In this document: piece after piece, positions 26,345 to 40,649 of the stretch
How positions within the stretch are numbered: position 1 is the first letter of the stretch
Layout of the letters: each line of letters starts with the position of its first letter
NCBI GenBank assembly: GCA_043228905.1
Contig: JBHGNT010000006.1
Coordinates: 5,952,001 to 6,016,000 of the forward strand
Source: Azolla caroliniana
Lineage: Eukaryota > Plantae > Polypodiophyta
Length of the DNA stretch: 64,000 nt
Direction of reading: 5' to 3'
Position numbers and translations under genes: made by a program
The notes under the pieces: generated by a model
What the model was told of the DNA's origin: nothing
The model's database searches: none
What the model saw: only the letters and a program-made list of their open reading frames with translations

Positions 26345-27577
26345 CTAGCCACCTCATTCATTACAAAATATCGAGATGTTGTCAAGACTCAAGACAAGCT
26401 CAATGAAGCATTACAGAAGATGGGAATAGAACAAAATTCCTTTCAAAGTTATTGGTCAAAAGGCCACCCCAATGTGAAAGGGGCCAAACCTTATTCTAAA
26501 TAACTATAAAAGTTACTTTTGGCAACTTTTGTAGCTCTTATTCCCTTTCGAGTTTTCTCACCTCTTACAACCTAAGCTCAAACTATTTCTTCCTACTTTG
26601 TTAATCTTTCACTTGAGTGAGTAAAGTGATTAAGGTTAAACACTAGTTAGCTACATCTTAATCACTCCATCTTTTGTATGTGTTTCATATTAATTCAAAC
26701 GGTTCGACATTAACTCATATGTTGTTTGTCTTGACTAATTGCCTTGCAAGCCTATATCTTTTATGAAACTCCTGGGATGAATTGTGGAACTTGTTTGTTT
26801 GTTTGATTACTCAATGAAACATTTCATAAAGAAGTAGTTATAAACTTTTGCATGACATTAATAATGATTTAACCCAATAATGTGAGTTGTAAATTGATTT
26901 TATAATGAGGTTGCAAGGTTGTTTTCAACTATTGGTAAGGTACATTGTTACATTTGTCCACATTGGTAACAAGCTCAAATCCCTTAGTTGAGTGCAAAAT
27001 CAACATGTTTTTGGAATTTATATTGTTTACCGGTTGAGAACCATAATGTATCATGCTTATTATCTCGTGACCAATGAGTCATCGACATGTGAGCACGATG
27101 CACTTTTCCAAGCATCGTGTAAATCCATTTTTAGAATGCATAGTTTCAAACTAAAGCGTCATCGACATATTGATTAAGAACAACATCATACCCATTTCCT
27201 ACAAAATCTTAACTATTGGCTCATACAAAATCACCTATTTTCGACAACTCATATTGATTTGTAAGTGAAGTTGCTATTGTAAGGGACTTATTGATGATTT
27301 AATGATGTTATTGTAAATGGCAACGTCACTTAACAATCAATAGAATTTGTTAATATGAATCAAGAGTTGATTGAAAATGTCACACTTGCTAGGCGATTGA
27401 TTTTTGCAAGGGTTTGATCCAACTTAACACATTCCTCTTGCTTCATCATCGAAGATATATTGATCCCACATCCAACATGCTAGAGAGATACAAGCCACTT
27501 TTTCGTATGGCCAATGATTTCTCATCATCTCAACGTTGGTTGATGTGGTGCAAGCGATGTGTTTTGCACTGCATCGT

Positions 27578-28013
27578 GAGCTATGGGCCCGGTTTTGGCT
27601 CAAACCAAACTGAATTGTTAAGCCATGGTTTAACGGATATTGGCTCCAAAAAATTTAATGGGTATTTTATTGATTTAATTAATTAAACTTAAATGCTTAT
27701 TTAATTGAATGGTTTAACAAATGTTTTTTTCATTGATTTAATAAATTTAACTTAAATGTTTAATTTAATGTATTTGTGTTTATTTAGATTTTTAATTAAT
27801 TTGACTTAAATAGTTTAATTTTTTTATTAAATGGTAGATTTGGTTTCAACTTTTCCCTAAACCGTTTGGTTTACCTTTTCGTAAATGTTTTGGTTTAAAC
27901 GGCTTAAGAGTTCATAAGCGGTTTGGTTTTTGTTTTATATACATAAATGGTTCGGCTGAGTTCGGTTCGGTTCTCAGTTTCAAGGCAAAGAAACCGAACC
28001 AGGCCCATTGCTA
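27578..28013. mobile_element. Older hAT-like MITE
   Basis: Imperfect TIRs gagctatgggcccggtt / aaccaggcccattgcta; degenerate 8-bp flanks tgcatcgt and tgcattgc; subterminal aaacc/ggttcgg motifs; AT-rich core. Confidence 0.55.
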
Positions 28014-28550
28014 TGCATTGCATCAAACAACTTATCTCTATCAACACAGTTAGTTTGATCGAACTATGATGTAAGAAGAATACAATGTTCATGAAAAATT
28101 CTGATGCATATTGAAGGTGTGGAAAGGGAAATGAAATGTGGAGGGATCGATCAAACATCTATTCCTCATGCTTATTGATTGGATTTGCTTCTCGATTTGG
28201 AAGGGTCGATCAAAATAAGATGATCTAATCATCTATTCCTCTAATGCCTAGTTGATTGGATTTGCTTCTGGATTGGTTCGATTTGATCTATGCATCTGGC
28301 ATTCGCACGAGTTCTTTTTTCGATAGGTAAAAAACAAAGAGAAAAATCGTTGGTAATAAAACCCTTTTTTTTGGCACCTATTACGAGATTTCCTTAAAAA
28401 AAGTTTTTACTCAACGACAGAAACCAACCGCCCCAGAAACATAAAACCCAAAAAGAAATAACAAAAGTTCCACCATTTGATTCGATTTTATTCTTCTTTC
28501 TCTCTTTCTCTGTTTCTCTGTCTCTCTCCCACATTTCCATTCCTTCAGCG

Positions 28551-31500
28551 ATGGCGATGCAACAGAAGCAGCAGAAGATCGCTCTGAAGCAGAAAACGAA
28601 GACCGAGCTCTACAACGCCGTTCCTGCTCCTCCTTTCCTGTACGCTGACTCCCCGTCCATGTCTCGCTCCCACTCCAGGAGTACGGCTGAATTAACCCGA
28701 AGTACAGCCAGCCCTACCCCCTCTCTACCTTACCTCAGCGACGCAGATTCTGACAAGAAACCCCGCCGCCGACGCAGCTCTCTCCGATCTTCTCAGGAAC
28801 TTTCTTCAGAAGCATCCTCTTCTCCTTACGGTATGTGTACTTTTACGTACTTCTTTATAATCTCCCATTTGATCATAATATGCGTTAAACGCTCTCTCTT
28901 TTCTTGGAGTCTTACTGCGAACTCGGTGCATAAATTAAAGTATGCAGACCCGAGAATGTACTTTGCGCTACATATGCCTGTTACATCCTCTGAATCACCG
29001 TTAATGTGTTTTCGCTCATTGTTAAACCGTTCAGATATCTTTGAAAGTAGTTGGAAACGCGATATCCTATTATATGCTGCATATGCACTCAATGATAGAA
29101 TATGCAGATCTGAGATGACAAATGCCCGTTATGTCTTCTGATTTTGCTGTTGAAGCAATTGTTTACTTGGTTTTATTCATTGATAAACAGTACAGATTGA
29201 CGTGTAGTTTGTGATGCCATACGCCTGTTAATTTACTGAATTTGAACTGAATACTAGACTATGTAGATCTGTGAATGTAGTTTGTGATGGCATATGCCTA
29301 TTTTCTCTTCTGATTTTTGCTGATTGCAAAGCTACAACGATCTGTAAATATAGTTTGTGATGCCGTATGCATTGTTTTTTGTCTGTTTGAGTAAAGCAAT
29401 TATCTGTTTGCATTTTTTGGCATTTCCATGACTTGCTGGCGAACAAAGATATCAAGTTAGATATGTCATGCAAAACTCTTTATTTTGGACTGATATCTAA
29501 CCCCAACTAGAAATCAAGGCATTGAGTTGGATATTTTGCACACAATTTCGGTTCTACTTCTTCGTAATGCAAGCCATAACAATTCAGATTTGTGAACATA
29601 GCTCAAAATTTTGAAAGCCTGTCTGCTATTCTGTTCAAGTACCTCAAAACCTGTGTGGTGTTTTGCATGATTGTTTTCTGATGAAGGTGAATATGCAGCC
29701 TACTAAAGAATGTCCTGGATGGTGCGTTATACCTTATACCTCAGTTCATGTTATTTTCTTGCTAGTTTCTGGATTGTCAAGCAGTCCTAAATCTGTCTGC
29801 CAATTTACATGGTTGCCTTCTTGAATCTGCATGATTTATATCAGAATTATATAATTTTAAGCACTTTGAAACATGAGTGATCATTTACACTAGCTGATGG
29901 TGTTTTCTGTAGCAATGTACTGTATGTGGACCTCTATCCTAGTTGTAGAGTTGAGCATCATGATACTTGAAATTCTGCCGTGATTACTTTCTGATGAAAG
30001 AACATTCATTAGTTTATTTAATTTATATCCAAGTTTTGTTCATATTTTCAGCGATGGCTAGCATAGGAACAGGGGTCTGCCTTTTCAACTTTGGAACCAG
30101 TCCCATTATATTTTGTCATTCCCTTGTTTAGATGTCATTCCCTTTCTTCTGGGATTTATATCCCAGTGTCTGTCATTTCTAGTTCTATTAAGCACTTCTA
30201 AATTTGTGTTTATACATCATTAACTTTTGGCAAAGGTAACACAGGACTGGCCCCAGTCCCAATCTCTTTTTGCCGTCCCTTGTTTGAGGGTTATTCAATA
30301 AAAAATTGATGTAATTTATATCCTAGTTTCAAAGTTTGTAAAGCACTTGTAAGCTTTAAATTTTCGTGTTGTTTTACATGACTATTTTCTGATGAAGCTG
30401 CACTGTGCATTCTATTCTCTTTTTCCTATTGCCTCATGATTTATATCCTAGGTTTAAAGTTTGATAAGCACATCTAAGCTCTAAATCTTCACTTTGATTT
30501 ACATTACGACCTCCTGCTGAATCTGCAGTCTGTACTCTTTTCCACATAGGGGATGAAAAATATTCAGCATCACCCTGCTGCTCCCTTTACCTGTCTCACA
30601 ACGTATCCTATGTTGCTTTGTAAGTTATCAGTTCTTATATAGAAGCATGCTTATATTATAGTACACTTGTTTGTTTCAGGGGCTAAGGAGTTAGTGGTTT
30701 CCAAGCAAGAATCTACATCTTGTTTAAGGAGTCCAAGCCCAAGCTGCATGCCCAGTCCTTGTTTTAATAGTAAAGATTGTGATACTTCAAAAGTGTCAAT
30801 TTCTGGCGCATGTTCTGCACAGAATGCTTCTCTCTCAATGACAGGATTTGGTGTTAATGGCTTCACTAAATTGGCTTCCAGCACTCCTAACAAGACTAGA
30901 GCTAGAGATACTCCAGCAATTCCCTTACCAAAGACAAAGTGGAACAATAAAACAATGGCAGTCCCTACAGGGATGGATTCTCCAAATGTTAAGCATGAGA
31001 AGCTGAAGTACAGTCCGAAAGTTAAGGCAGAGAGTTATGTGTCAAGGATTATTCAGAACTCTACCTCTGCTGAAGATGGATATGTGGGCTCAACTCCTTC
31101 ACTTGAGGAGACCAGCACAAGCAACTCATTTAGTGATTCAAAGCTGTCTGTGGCCAACTGTGGTTCTGGAAATTCTTGTCTGGGAAGGTTCCCTGTAGCA
31201 CGGTTCTGCTCACCTAATGCTCACAAACAAAAGAACGAACTGGGCACACATGATAGAACCTTCTTTCCTATGCATTGGCCATCTGGACAAGTGGAATCTG
31301 CTATTAAGGTTAGTACACATCTTTTATATGCATGCCTTGGTTAAAGGTTTCCTTATGTACTATGCATTTTAAATTCTGATCATTGACACCAAATTTTTTT
31401 CTGCAGGATGGCAAGGTTTTCCGCTGTAAATTAAGAATTAATGTACATTGTAGGAATGAGGTAATCCCAGTTTATCAAATCCTATTGATATGCACATATC

Positions 31501-34500
31501 TCAGAGAATCCTGTCTATGCTTTATTCACCATACACATCTGTGATGCATGCTTTTGTTTCATATTCTGAATTAGCGTTAAATAAAGCATTCTCACTGCCC
31601 CATCCTCCATAAGGATGGAAAATGTGATCAGCCCAATTTAACTGATGCTAGAATCATTTCTTCTTGATTTATTTAATATGTCATTTTCTCTGTTTCTGTT
31701 TGTAGAGGTTTCTTACCTTCAGTTCCTTGTTTTAAGAACTCCAGCTGAATAGTTGTAAATTATTAGTAGTTGAATATCTGAATGTTTGTGATAATTCTAG
31801 TTGAATGTTTGGTTTTTCTGATAGTACACAATTCAGTATTTGTTATATTATTAAAATAATTTCTCTACCTCTTTTTCAGGCATATGCAACCATAGATGGT
31901 GTTGCAGTCGATGTACTTATTGAAGGTGCCCAAGCCCAAAATAGAGCAGTGAGTCCTTTGAACCTGTAAATGTGGACAATATTTAACAGTCCTGCATTAT
32001 GCTCCTATTCTAAGGTATGTCAATTACTTTTTGCAGATTGACGGTGATGTTGTTGCGATTGTCATCAATCCTGTTCCTTATTGGACCAAGTTGAAAGGAT
32101 CAGTTGCCAATCAGAACAGTAATGATCTTAGTTCTGGAGTGACTGATATCGTTGCTTGCAACCATGGGAGTCAGCTTATAGATGAGGAGGGCCAATGTGA
32201 CGATTTAGAACTGACATCCGTTACTGATATAAAAGGTAGCAGAGAAGATGCAGATGCTTTGTCAGATATTGAATCCACAATGGAAGTAAAGGACAGTGAA
32301 GTAAATTATCAGCTGCTAGATGACTTGATGTCAAATATTTCATTAAAAAATGACAAGGGTCAGAAGCAGCATGACCTTCAGTCGGAGGTGACAGATACTC
32401 CTCTATTGAGCAGTGCAACCAAAACTTTACGGGATCTTGTGGCATCATATCCTGACAAGCGACCTACTGGTGACGTGGTAGCAATTTTAGAGAAGTCAGA
32501 TCGCCGTGAAACAGTTGTGGGATTTCTGGAAATTGATCATAAGGCTGGCAATAAGTATATCGTGAAAGAACCATCCAAAGCGTCTATATCAAACGCCTCT
32601 TTATTGCTTGTACCATCTGATGCCAGGTTTCCAAAAATGATTGTTTTTGTCAATGATCTACCTACTGACCTCAAACAGAAATATCTGGTGGGTGACCCAA
32701 AGCTTTGCAGTGAACTTGTGGCAGCTTCTGTTGTGGAATGGAAAGAGGATAGATTTTCTCCCCATGCAGTTGTTACTCACAGTCTTGGCCAAGGTGGGGC
32801 ATTAGATGCCCATTTGGCGGCCATATTATTTGAGCATGCTGTTCACAGTGCAGAATTTCCCTTGTCAGTGTTAAAATGTCTACCTGAGATACCTTGGGGT
32901 ATACCATCTGAGGAGTTCAAGAGAAGAAGAAACCTTACAAGTTCTAGAATATTCACAATTGACCCAGCTACAGCTAGAGACTTGGATGATGCATTGTCAA
33001 TTGAGAGTTTGGAAAATGGGCTGCTAAGAATTGGTGTACACATTGCAGATGTTTCATACTTTGTTCATCCAGATACTGAACTGGATAAGGAAGCACAGAA
33101 TCGTTCGACCAGTGTTTATCTCATTCAACAAGTGCTTCCTATGTTGCCTCGTGTACTTTGTGAAGAGTTATGCTCTCTTAACCCTGGGGTTGATCGCCTT
33201 GCCTTCTCTATTATGTGGGATATTGATAACTCAGGGCAGATTGTTGACCAGTGGATTGGGCGCACTATAATAAAATCTTGTTGTAAACTGTCATATTCGC
33301 AAGTACAGGATATTATTGACGGGAGAGTCACAGTAAATGAAAATGATGAGGTAGAGAATTGTACAGAAGATTCAGGTTGGCCTCAATTACATGGGGGGTT
33401 TAAATGGGTTGAAATTTTTGATGATGTAAAGGTTCTTCACCTTATAGCAAAACATAGGCGTGTTGCAAGGTTTGAAGGTGGTGCTCTCAGTCTCCAAAAT
33501 TCAAGACTTGTGTTTGACTTAGATGAGGATGGAACACCTAATGACAGTAGCCTCTATGAGCATCAGGACTCTAATTTTTTGGTGGAGGAATTCATGCTTT
33601 TGGCCAATATGACTGTTGCTAAAGTAATAGCTGGTGCATTTCCTGACTGTGCACTGTTGAGACGCCATCCTGAACCTAACCTCCGCAAATTAAAAGAGCT
33701 GGAGGAATTCTGTAGCAAGAATGGGCTCGAATTGGATGCTTCTTCATCTGGTGCATTACATGAGTCTTTGAGTAAGCTCTGTGAAGCTCACAAGGAGGAT
33801 TCTGCCTTTTGTAGCATTTTGATGCTTTATGCAACTAAACCGATGCAACTAGCTAAATATTTTTCTACTGGAGAGCTGAAAAATGAAGAAGAATGGGCTC
33901 ATTATGCATTGGCAACGCCACTCTATACCCATTTTACTTCCCCAATTCGCAGATATCCTGACATTGTTGTTCATAGAACTCTGGCGGCAGCTTTAGAGGC
34001 TGAAGGTCTACTTTCAGGAGCGAGTTACAGTGGAACTTCTTCTATAATTAACAGATACATTACTGGTCCCTTGTTGGACAAGCAGAAGGTTGAATCTCCC
34101 GAAGGCCAACAAGCTTTGGCTACTGCTGCAAATAACCATAAAGTTCCATCTTGTCAAGAGTTGTCTTTACTAGCTGAGCATTGCAATAGGCGAAAGCTAG
34201 CAAGTAGGAATGTGAGAGATGCCAGCGACAAGGTGTACCTCTGGGCTATGCTTAGGAAGAAAGAGGTAAGCAATAATAGGGACAAAACACCCAAATACTC
34301 CTGTGTGGTTTTCTAATTTTCGAAATGCCCTTGGTCGACCCCAGAAATGGAGAAGGGAACTAATTGACCACATAGTTACTCAAATGGTACATAAAAAAAC
34401 TTAGAAGCAGATGAATTTTCCATATAATTGCTCAAATAGCTTGTGTTATTTTTCTTATCGGAAGTTACCCAAGGGCATTAGGGGAACTAAATTACAGTAG

Positions 34501-35232
34501 GGGCACTTTAGGGAACAAAGAAGAGCTCAGGGTTATCTTGAGGTTTCCTCAAAATAATTATACTATATTCTTTGTATATGAATGAAGGACTTAATGACAT
34601 TCTTCAAGTTTTAACAAAATTTCAATCCTTTGTGCACATGCAGTGGATTTTCTCAGAAGCACGGGTACTAGCTGTTGGTCCAAAGTTTGTCTCACTCTAC
34701 GTATATGCCATTGCTGTAAGACAAAATGCTTGTTGTGTTTCAAATGTTTGAGAGTATGGGGAGACATCTTGTTAATGTTTCATATATTTACGATTTTGTT
34801 TGTTACAACGACATATCCTTCTAGTTGCTGATTTGATGTCTATGGTTTTGTTTGCAGATGGAGCGGCGCATTACTTATGAAGATACAGAAGGATTATCAG
34901 TAGAGTGGTTCAGCATGACATGCACAGCGATTTTAGACATGGTAACACAGAGAAGCTCGAAGAAAGGAAAACAAAGTCGAGCAAGAGTATTAACTGATGT
35001 AGCTTATGTAGTGAATCCAGCAAATAGTTCCGACATGAGTGATGAAGCAGTGGTTGAACCAAATGAAATAAATGAAGATAATACTGCTGCTGGCAAGAAA
35101 CCAGAACCTGCTGTGTTGCCATTAACACTTCGTCTTTTAGCTTCAGTTCCAGTACAGGTTTTTGCTATTGGGGGTGATAGTAGACCTCTTGATATAGCTG
35201 TTCGATTGTACTTAAGTTCATATCTACAGTGA
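28551..35232 (+). CDS. DIS3L2: DIS3-like exonuclease 2 (DIS3L2/SOV), RNase II/RNB family, 7 exons, ~1235 aa
   Basis: Exons: 28551-28830, 30680-31308, 31407-31460, 31880-31948, 32037-34265, 34644-34715, 34858-35232 (3708 nt in frame). Cold-shock-domain motifs (EAY.TIDG..DVLI, NRAIDGDVV); catalytic FTIDPATARDLDDALS; GVHIADVSYFV; VEEFMLLAN; YTHFTSPIRRYPD. No PIN domain, so DIS3L2 rather than RRP44. Confidence 0.95.
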
Positions 35233-35974
35233 TTTGCTATTTTCAGATGCAGAGATTTGCTCACAAATTTCCTATAACACACTCTTCATCGCAAGAGATG
35301 CAGATCTTGTATAGCTCTGTAGACAAATCCATTGAGTTTATACCCTAGTTTTTTGAAGGGATATATGTCTCACTTTGTTACCTGGGTGGTTAGGGTTTTG
35401 TTTATACTTGTAGCATATCTATTCATAGCAGTGGTGACTCTTTTAACCATCTTTGCGGCTCAAGATGGTTTCCGGAACTTCGAGTTTAAACATTTGCTAT
35501 GTTGGCTCTCTGGTGACATCCGAGTCATGCAAGTATACACAAGAAAATGCTGATGAAGCTTTCCATGGCTGGACGAATCTTTGGATATATAACTACATCT
35601 AATCTAATCTGCAGCTTCTTCGCATCAGTCAGATATTTCACTGCTTTTTAACGTGATCTCTGTTGCTTTGGAGCTACATATTCAAATAAGTTACTGGGAG
35701 AGACCACCTTTTTTTATTGGGCTGTCTTCACAGTAGTCTTGTAATTTTCTCTTTTTTCACGCCAGACACTCTTATCATTGTTTGTGTACATTTTGAAACT
35801 CAGATTTTTGCATTATTTTAATTAACACTAACAGTTTTTGAACCAGATCCAGGAGTTCTAATTCTGTCTTGTTTAGTGCTTATTGTGACCAATTTAAAGA
35901 ATTATTGCCCTAAATAACAGCAGAAAATAATGTCATTATAAAACATTCAAAATATTCACGTAGTTTGTGCTATC

Positions 35975-36186
35975 AACAAATTCTCTCTTTATCCATTACT
36001 GCCTTGAGATCTTTGTTTTCAAGGCTAGGTAGGTTAGCCCTTTTCTTTGCAGGCCTAATGCTTCACATAGGCAAGAGGTTTGTCCTATAAACAAATTCTC
36101 TCTTTATCCATTAATGACTTGAGATCTATTGTTTTCAAGGCAAGGGTAGCCCTTTTCTTTGTAGGCCTAATGCTTCACATAGGCAT
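35975..36186. repeat. ~115-bp tandem duplication
   Basis: aacaaattctctctttatccatta...ggcctaatgcttcacataggca occurs twice. Confidence 0.8.
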
Positions 36187-38499
36187 GAGCTATTGCTAGG
36201 CCTAATAGAGCTAAATATATGTGTCTGCCATCCATGGTCCACTTTATGCTCATTGTAAGGACACATTGTTGCAGTTGGAATCGTCATAGAAGTAAATGAG
36301 ATGGTTGGGGGAAAGAGCATGATTATATGAAATAGACGTTAATAGTGAGGATAAAGTGAAATTGAATGCTTTTATTACTTGAATATATCAATTTACATCA
36401 CTTATATGTGAACTACTTTAATTGTCACGAGAATGTAAAATGACTTAACTTACACCTCTCATGTCTGTGTAGGGAGATAGCTATGAACTCTTGCTCACTG
36501 CTTAATGGCAGAAAGCTTTTGTAATAGGCTATTCCCCTTTCTCTTGCCTCTTTGTCACCCTTCTCTTTTTTGCTCACCATGGGCAACTCTTCCTTTTCTC
36601 TATCTTATTCTCTTTGATCACTATCTTCGTCTTCTTCGTCTTCTGCTTCACTTCAAGTTCTTGCTCAACAATATCGTTTGTTTCTTCACTTTATTCCTTG
36701 ATTGATTGCTTCCTTTGTTAATTTCTTTTTGGATTCCCCCCCCCCCCCCCTCCCTAAGTGGCTTTGATAGGCTACTCATAACCTCATTAGCCTTCTCGAG
36801 AAGTTTCTAGAAACATGTTTAATAATTATAAAATGGCCATGTTTTTAGAACCTTCCTTAGAATTACACATATGGCCTTAAATATGTAGGCCTAAATTAAT
36901 TTATGATTATGAAAATGGTATTCCTTATATTTTAGATCAATCCTTTCTTGATTTTACAAACATGGCCCATATATGAAAATGGTATTTCTACACCAATGGC
37001 TAGGCGTCAATATAAGGGACTCATTAAAGTGAATTAGACATTCAAAGACAAAGTTGTGGCCTCTAATAAGGATTAGGGAGATAGAGAAAGAGCTTTAATA
37101 TGCTAATGGGAAGAGAACTCTCAAGAATGAGAAAGCTTAAAAGTCACCAAAAGGTGGGTTTTATAGCTTTCTACGAAGTATCTCTTTTTCACACTAGAGT
37201 GTCGATTGGGCTACATTGGTCCTTTGGTTTGTTCTATCCTGCCATTTTCCTATGCTTGGTTGCACTTGGTGACTTTCGTTGGTGTCGCGATCTTCATAAC
37301 CGGTGTACTAGTGCCGGATACTTAACTCTATGACGATGAACACTTTGGTAGTAAAGACCAAGTGTATTATACTAGAATCCATGATGATGAATACATTGGT
37401 AATTAGGCCCTAGTGTATATTACACTTGAATCTATGATATGAAATTGTAAGATCTTTATATAGTTGATATGTCTGACCATTGATGAATAAGGTGACAAAT
37501 GATGATTGGAAGTGCAATTTATATCGTGGTCAATTCAAACCCTTCACATTTGGGGAAATAAAAAAGTTATCTTTACAATTTATGATAGTAATATGAAATA
37601 ACATAAAGAATGTACATAATGTTATTATAACGTCCTCAAAATGCCACAAACATGACTGTAATCAGACCCAAAATAAGGAGTGTTGCAACACAAAGATTAC
37701 CCTAGTTGCTAATCTTAAGGTGTAGTCCCTATGTGGATATTATGTTGCCTTATGTAGAGAAAGAGGAGAGAATATGTACATGGAATGAGTTATGACCTAA
37801 AGAGAGATAAGCTAATATACCAGATGCAAAACCAATCGAAACATATGTGAATGAGGGGAGGATATGTAACCCAAACTAAGTTACAATTCCCTTGGCTAGT
37901 TCACACATCTGAATAGTTCAAAAGAACACTTGGAGAGAGCTATGTCTAATCTAGAGACTTTGACGAACTTATTTTATTTTTAGAATTATACTACCCATAT
38001 AGTAGCATTACCTTTACAATTAATGGCACCTAAAAGGCTTTTTACTACTCACACAAACTTTTGTAATTTGTTATGGGAAACCCTAAATGAAGCATGATTA
38101 TCAAATGAAGCACAAACTTGTTATTTGATGAGGCAAAACCTAATAATAATAATTAACCTTGTTGCCAGAAAAGACTTGAGTTTAAATCCTGAAAGTGTTG
38201 CAAGAAAAGGTCGTCAAAAATCTAATTGACAAGCACACACAATGATATGAAATTGTTTTCTTTTTCCCTTAACTTCCGTTGATTAGAAATTGGGAATAAG
38301 AAAAAGGGACCCTATTCCATTTAGGGCATACTAGTCTTACAAAAAGATTGACAATGTCAAGATCCAGAATTTCATCATCATCATTGTGGAATCACCAATT
38401 TAACCATCAAATTTACAATAAACTTGGTTCCAAGTGCAAAACATTTTCACCGTACACATGGAAGCAAAAAGAAATTAACATTGGTGGATGTCTCCTTTT

Positions 38500-38766
38500 T
38501 GTTACCCCGTACGAGATGTACGGAGAGTCAAGTGTGATGAGCGAGGGTCGAATGTTATCATGATGTTGTGTATGTGTAGGGGGCATAAATGTAATTGTGA
38601 GTCTATACGTATGTGAACACATGCACACGTGTGTGCATGTAGATGGATACGAGGAGGTGTGAGTGAGTGTCCAATATGAATGCTCGAGGGGGCTTATACC
38701 CCTATGTATCTACCCCCTCTTGTACTATTTAACCCCTTATGGGGAATGAATGAAACATGAATAACC

Positions 38767-38827
<61 letters not shown>

Positions 38828-40649
38828 GCGGCTGAAGAGCAACCGGGCAACAGTCTGCGCGGTTGGAGAGCGGTCGGAAGGGTCGGAAACTGGTCGGAAT
38901 AACCGGATGCAGACAGGCGACCAGGACGACGGACCAGACGCACGACCGGAAGACAACAGACAAATGGCTGGGACAATAGCTGAACAACAACAGGAGTGGC
39001 GGCAAATAATCAGCGGTGGTAGCGAAAAATTGGCGACGAAGATGGTCGGACAACAAACGGCCGAGTAAAAGCGGTCAGACGAATGACGATGCCAAACAAT
39101 GGCAGAACTGGCTGGACGAACCGGACAGACGAGCGGACGGGATGGACAAGCATTAGATAGCCGACGACCGGACAGACGGCGGGAGGAGGACTGGAATCGA
39201 CGGACACGCCGGACAAAGCGACGGACGATGGCCGGAATAGCAAACATCGAATGGTTGTAGAGGCGGCCGAAAAGACACGACCAGAAGGGCCGAAGACAGA
39301 GACGGCAACCAACTGACAACCGATAGACAACAACGGCTAGACACAGCCGAACCGCGGCCAGAACGGAGGCCGCAAGAACGGCCGGATAGATGGCCAAATA
39401 TTGACGAGTGAATAGAGTGGTCATGCGACGAATCTCGGCCAAAACAGGTAGCCGACTGGAGACTGGCCGAACAGGCCTAGCGACGACGAGAAAGGGAGAT
39501 GGTGATGATCGACACAGAGATGAAAGACGCCGAGACGATGAATAGCAACGGCCACAGAAGCGACAACAATGAATATAGACGGACGGAAACGACGACGGCA
39601 ACACAAAGAAGGAGATGACGTGCAAGCAAAGGGAGAGTGAAGGTTGCGTTTCCTCCCTACCCCGAAACGCAAAAACAGAACAAGAACGAAGTGGAAGAAA
39701 CAGAGGTAGAAGAAGAAAGAGAGAGGAGGAGAATGGAACACAAGAAGGAACGAAAGCAGAAAGAAGTAGAAAGAGATGAGGGATACACACAAGAGAGAGT
39801 GTAATAACGGACCACAACAATAACCTAGAGATAAAGACGAAGTCGGAGCATTACAAAAACAAGAAGACAGGAATGGATAAAGACGAAATTGAAGCAGAAG
39901 ATAGGACGGGAAGAAAAATAGAGAAAGGGCAAGAGAGAATGATAGGGGTATGGAACATAATTTTAAAACATGAGGGTATTTGATAATATTTCAAAAACAA
40001 AGGGTAGCAACCTAAAATTTCATAAACTTGAGGGCACCGACGAAATTGTAAAAACTCATCCACCTAGAGAAATGGATGTGATCAACAACGACAACTCACA
40101 CAAAATTAAAGGAAGAACACACATACACACAACGTGTTTTTGGACCCATGATGAAGTTCGTTAGCCGACAGAACGAGAATGTTTGTGTCGCGGACGATTT
40201 GCTGACCGACAAAGATGTTCGAGTCAAGCATTCCGATCGAGGGAGTCGATCGTTGAAAGGACCGATGGAAGTTCCGGTCGAAGAAATATCATCATCAAGG
40301 CATGTGGGATCGACGTGCAAGGCACTTTCCCACGAGCGTGCCATATTATGTTACCCCGTACGAGATGTACGGAGAGTCAAGTGTGATGACCGAGGGTCGA
40401 ATGTTATCATGATGTTGTGTATGTGTAGGGGGCATAAATGTAATTGTGAGTCTATACGTATGTGAACACATACACACGTGTGTGCATGTGGATGGATACG
40501 AGGAGGTGTGAGTGAGTGTCCAATATGAATGCTCGAGGGGGCTTATACCCCTATGTATCTACCCCCTCTTGTACTATTTAACCCCTTATGGGGAATGAAT
40601 GAAACATGAATAACCATTTCTCTCTCTCTCTCTCTCTCTCTCTTTGACA
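38500..40649 (-). mobile_element. Non-coding LTR element (TRIM/LARD-like) with an Arg-type PBS
   Basis: Direct repeats 38500-~38827 and 40349-40649 (about 3 substitutions in ~270 bp, plus a (CT)n length difference). Minus-strand PBS TGGCACGCTCGTGGGA at 40343-40328. No recognisable gag/pol. TSD imperfect (ctttt vs tcttt). Confidence 0.75.

Noticed and set aside
34279-34549. Possible MITE in DIS3L2 intron 5 (aatgcccttgg / ccaagggcatt)
   Set aside because: Only an 11-bp inverted match is clear; termini and TSD could not be defined.
38729-39820. 363-aa minus-strand ORF and overlapping ORFs
   Set aside because: Low-complexity S/R/V/C sequence caused by strand skew and (GA)n; no domain motifs.
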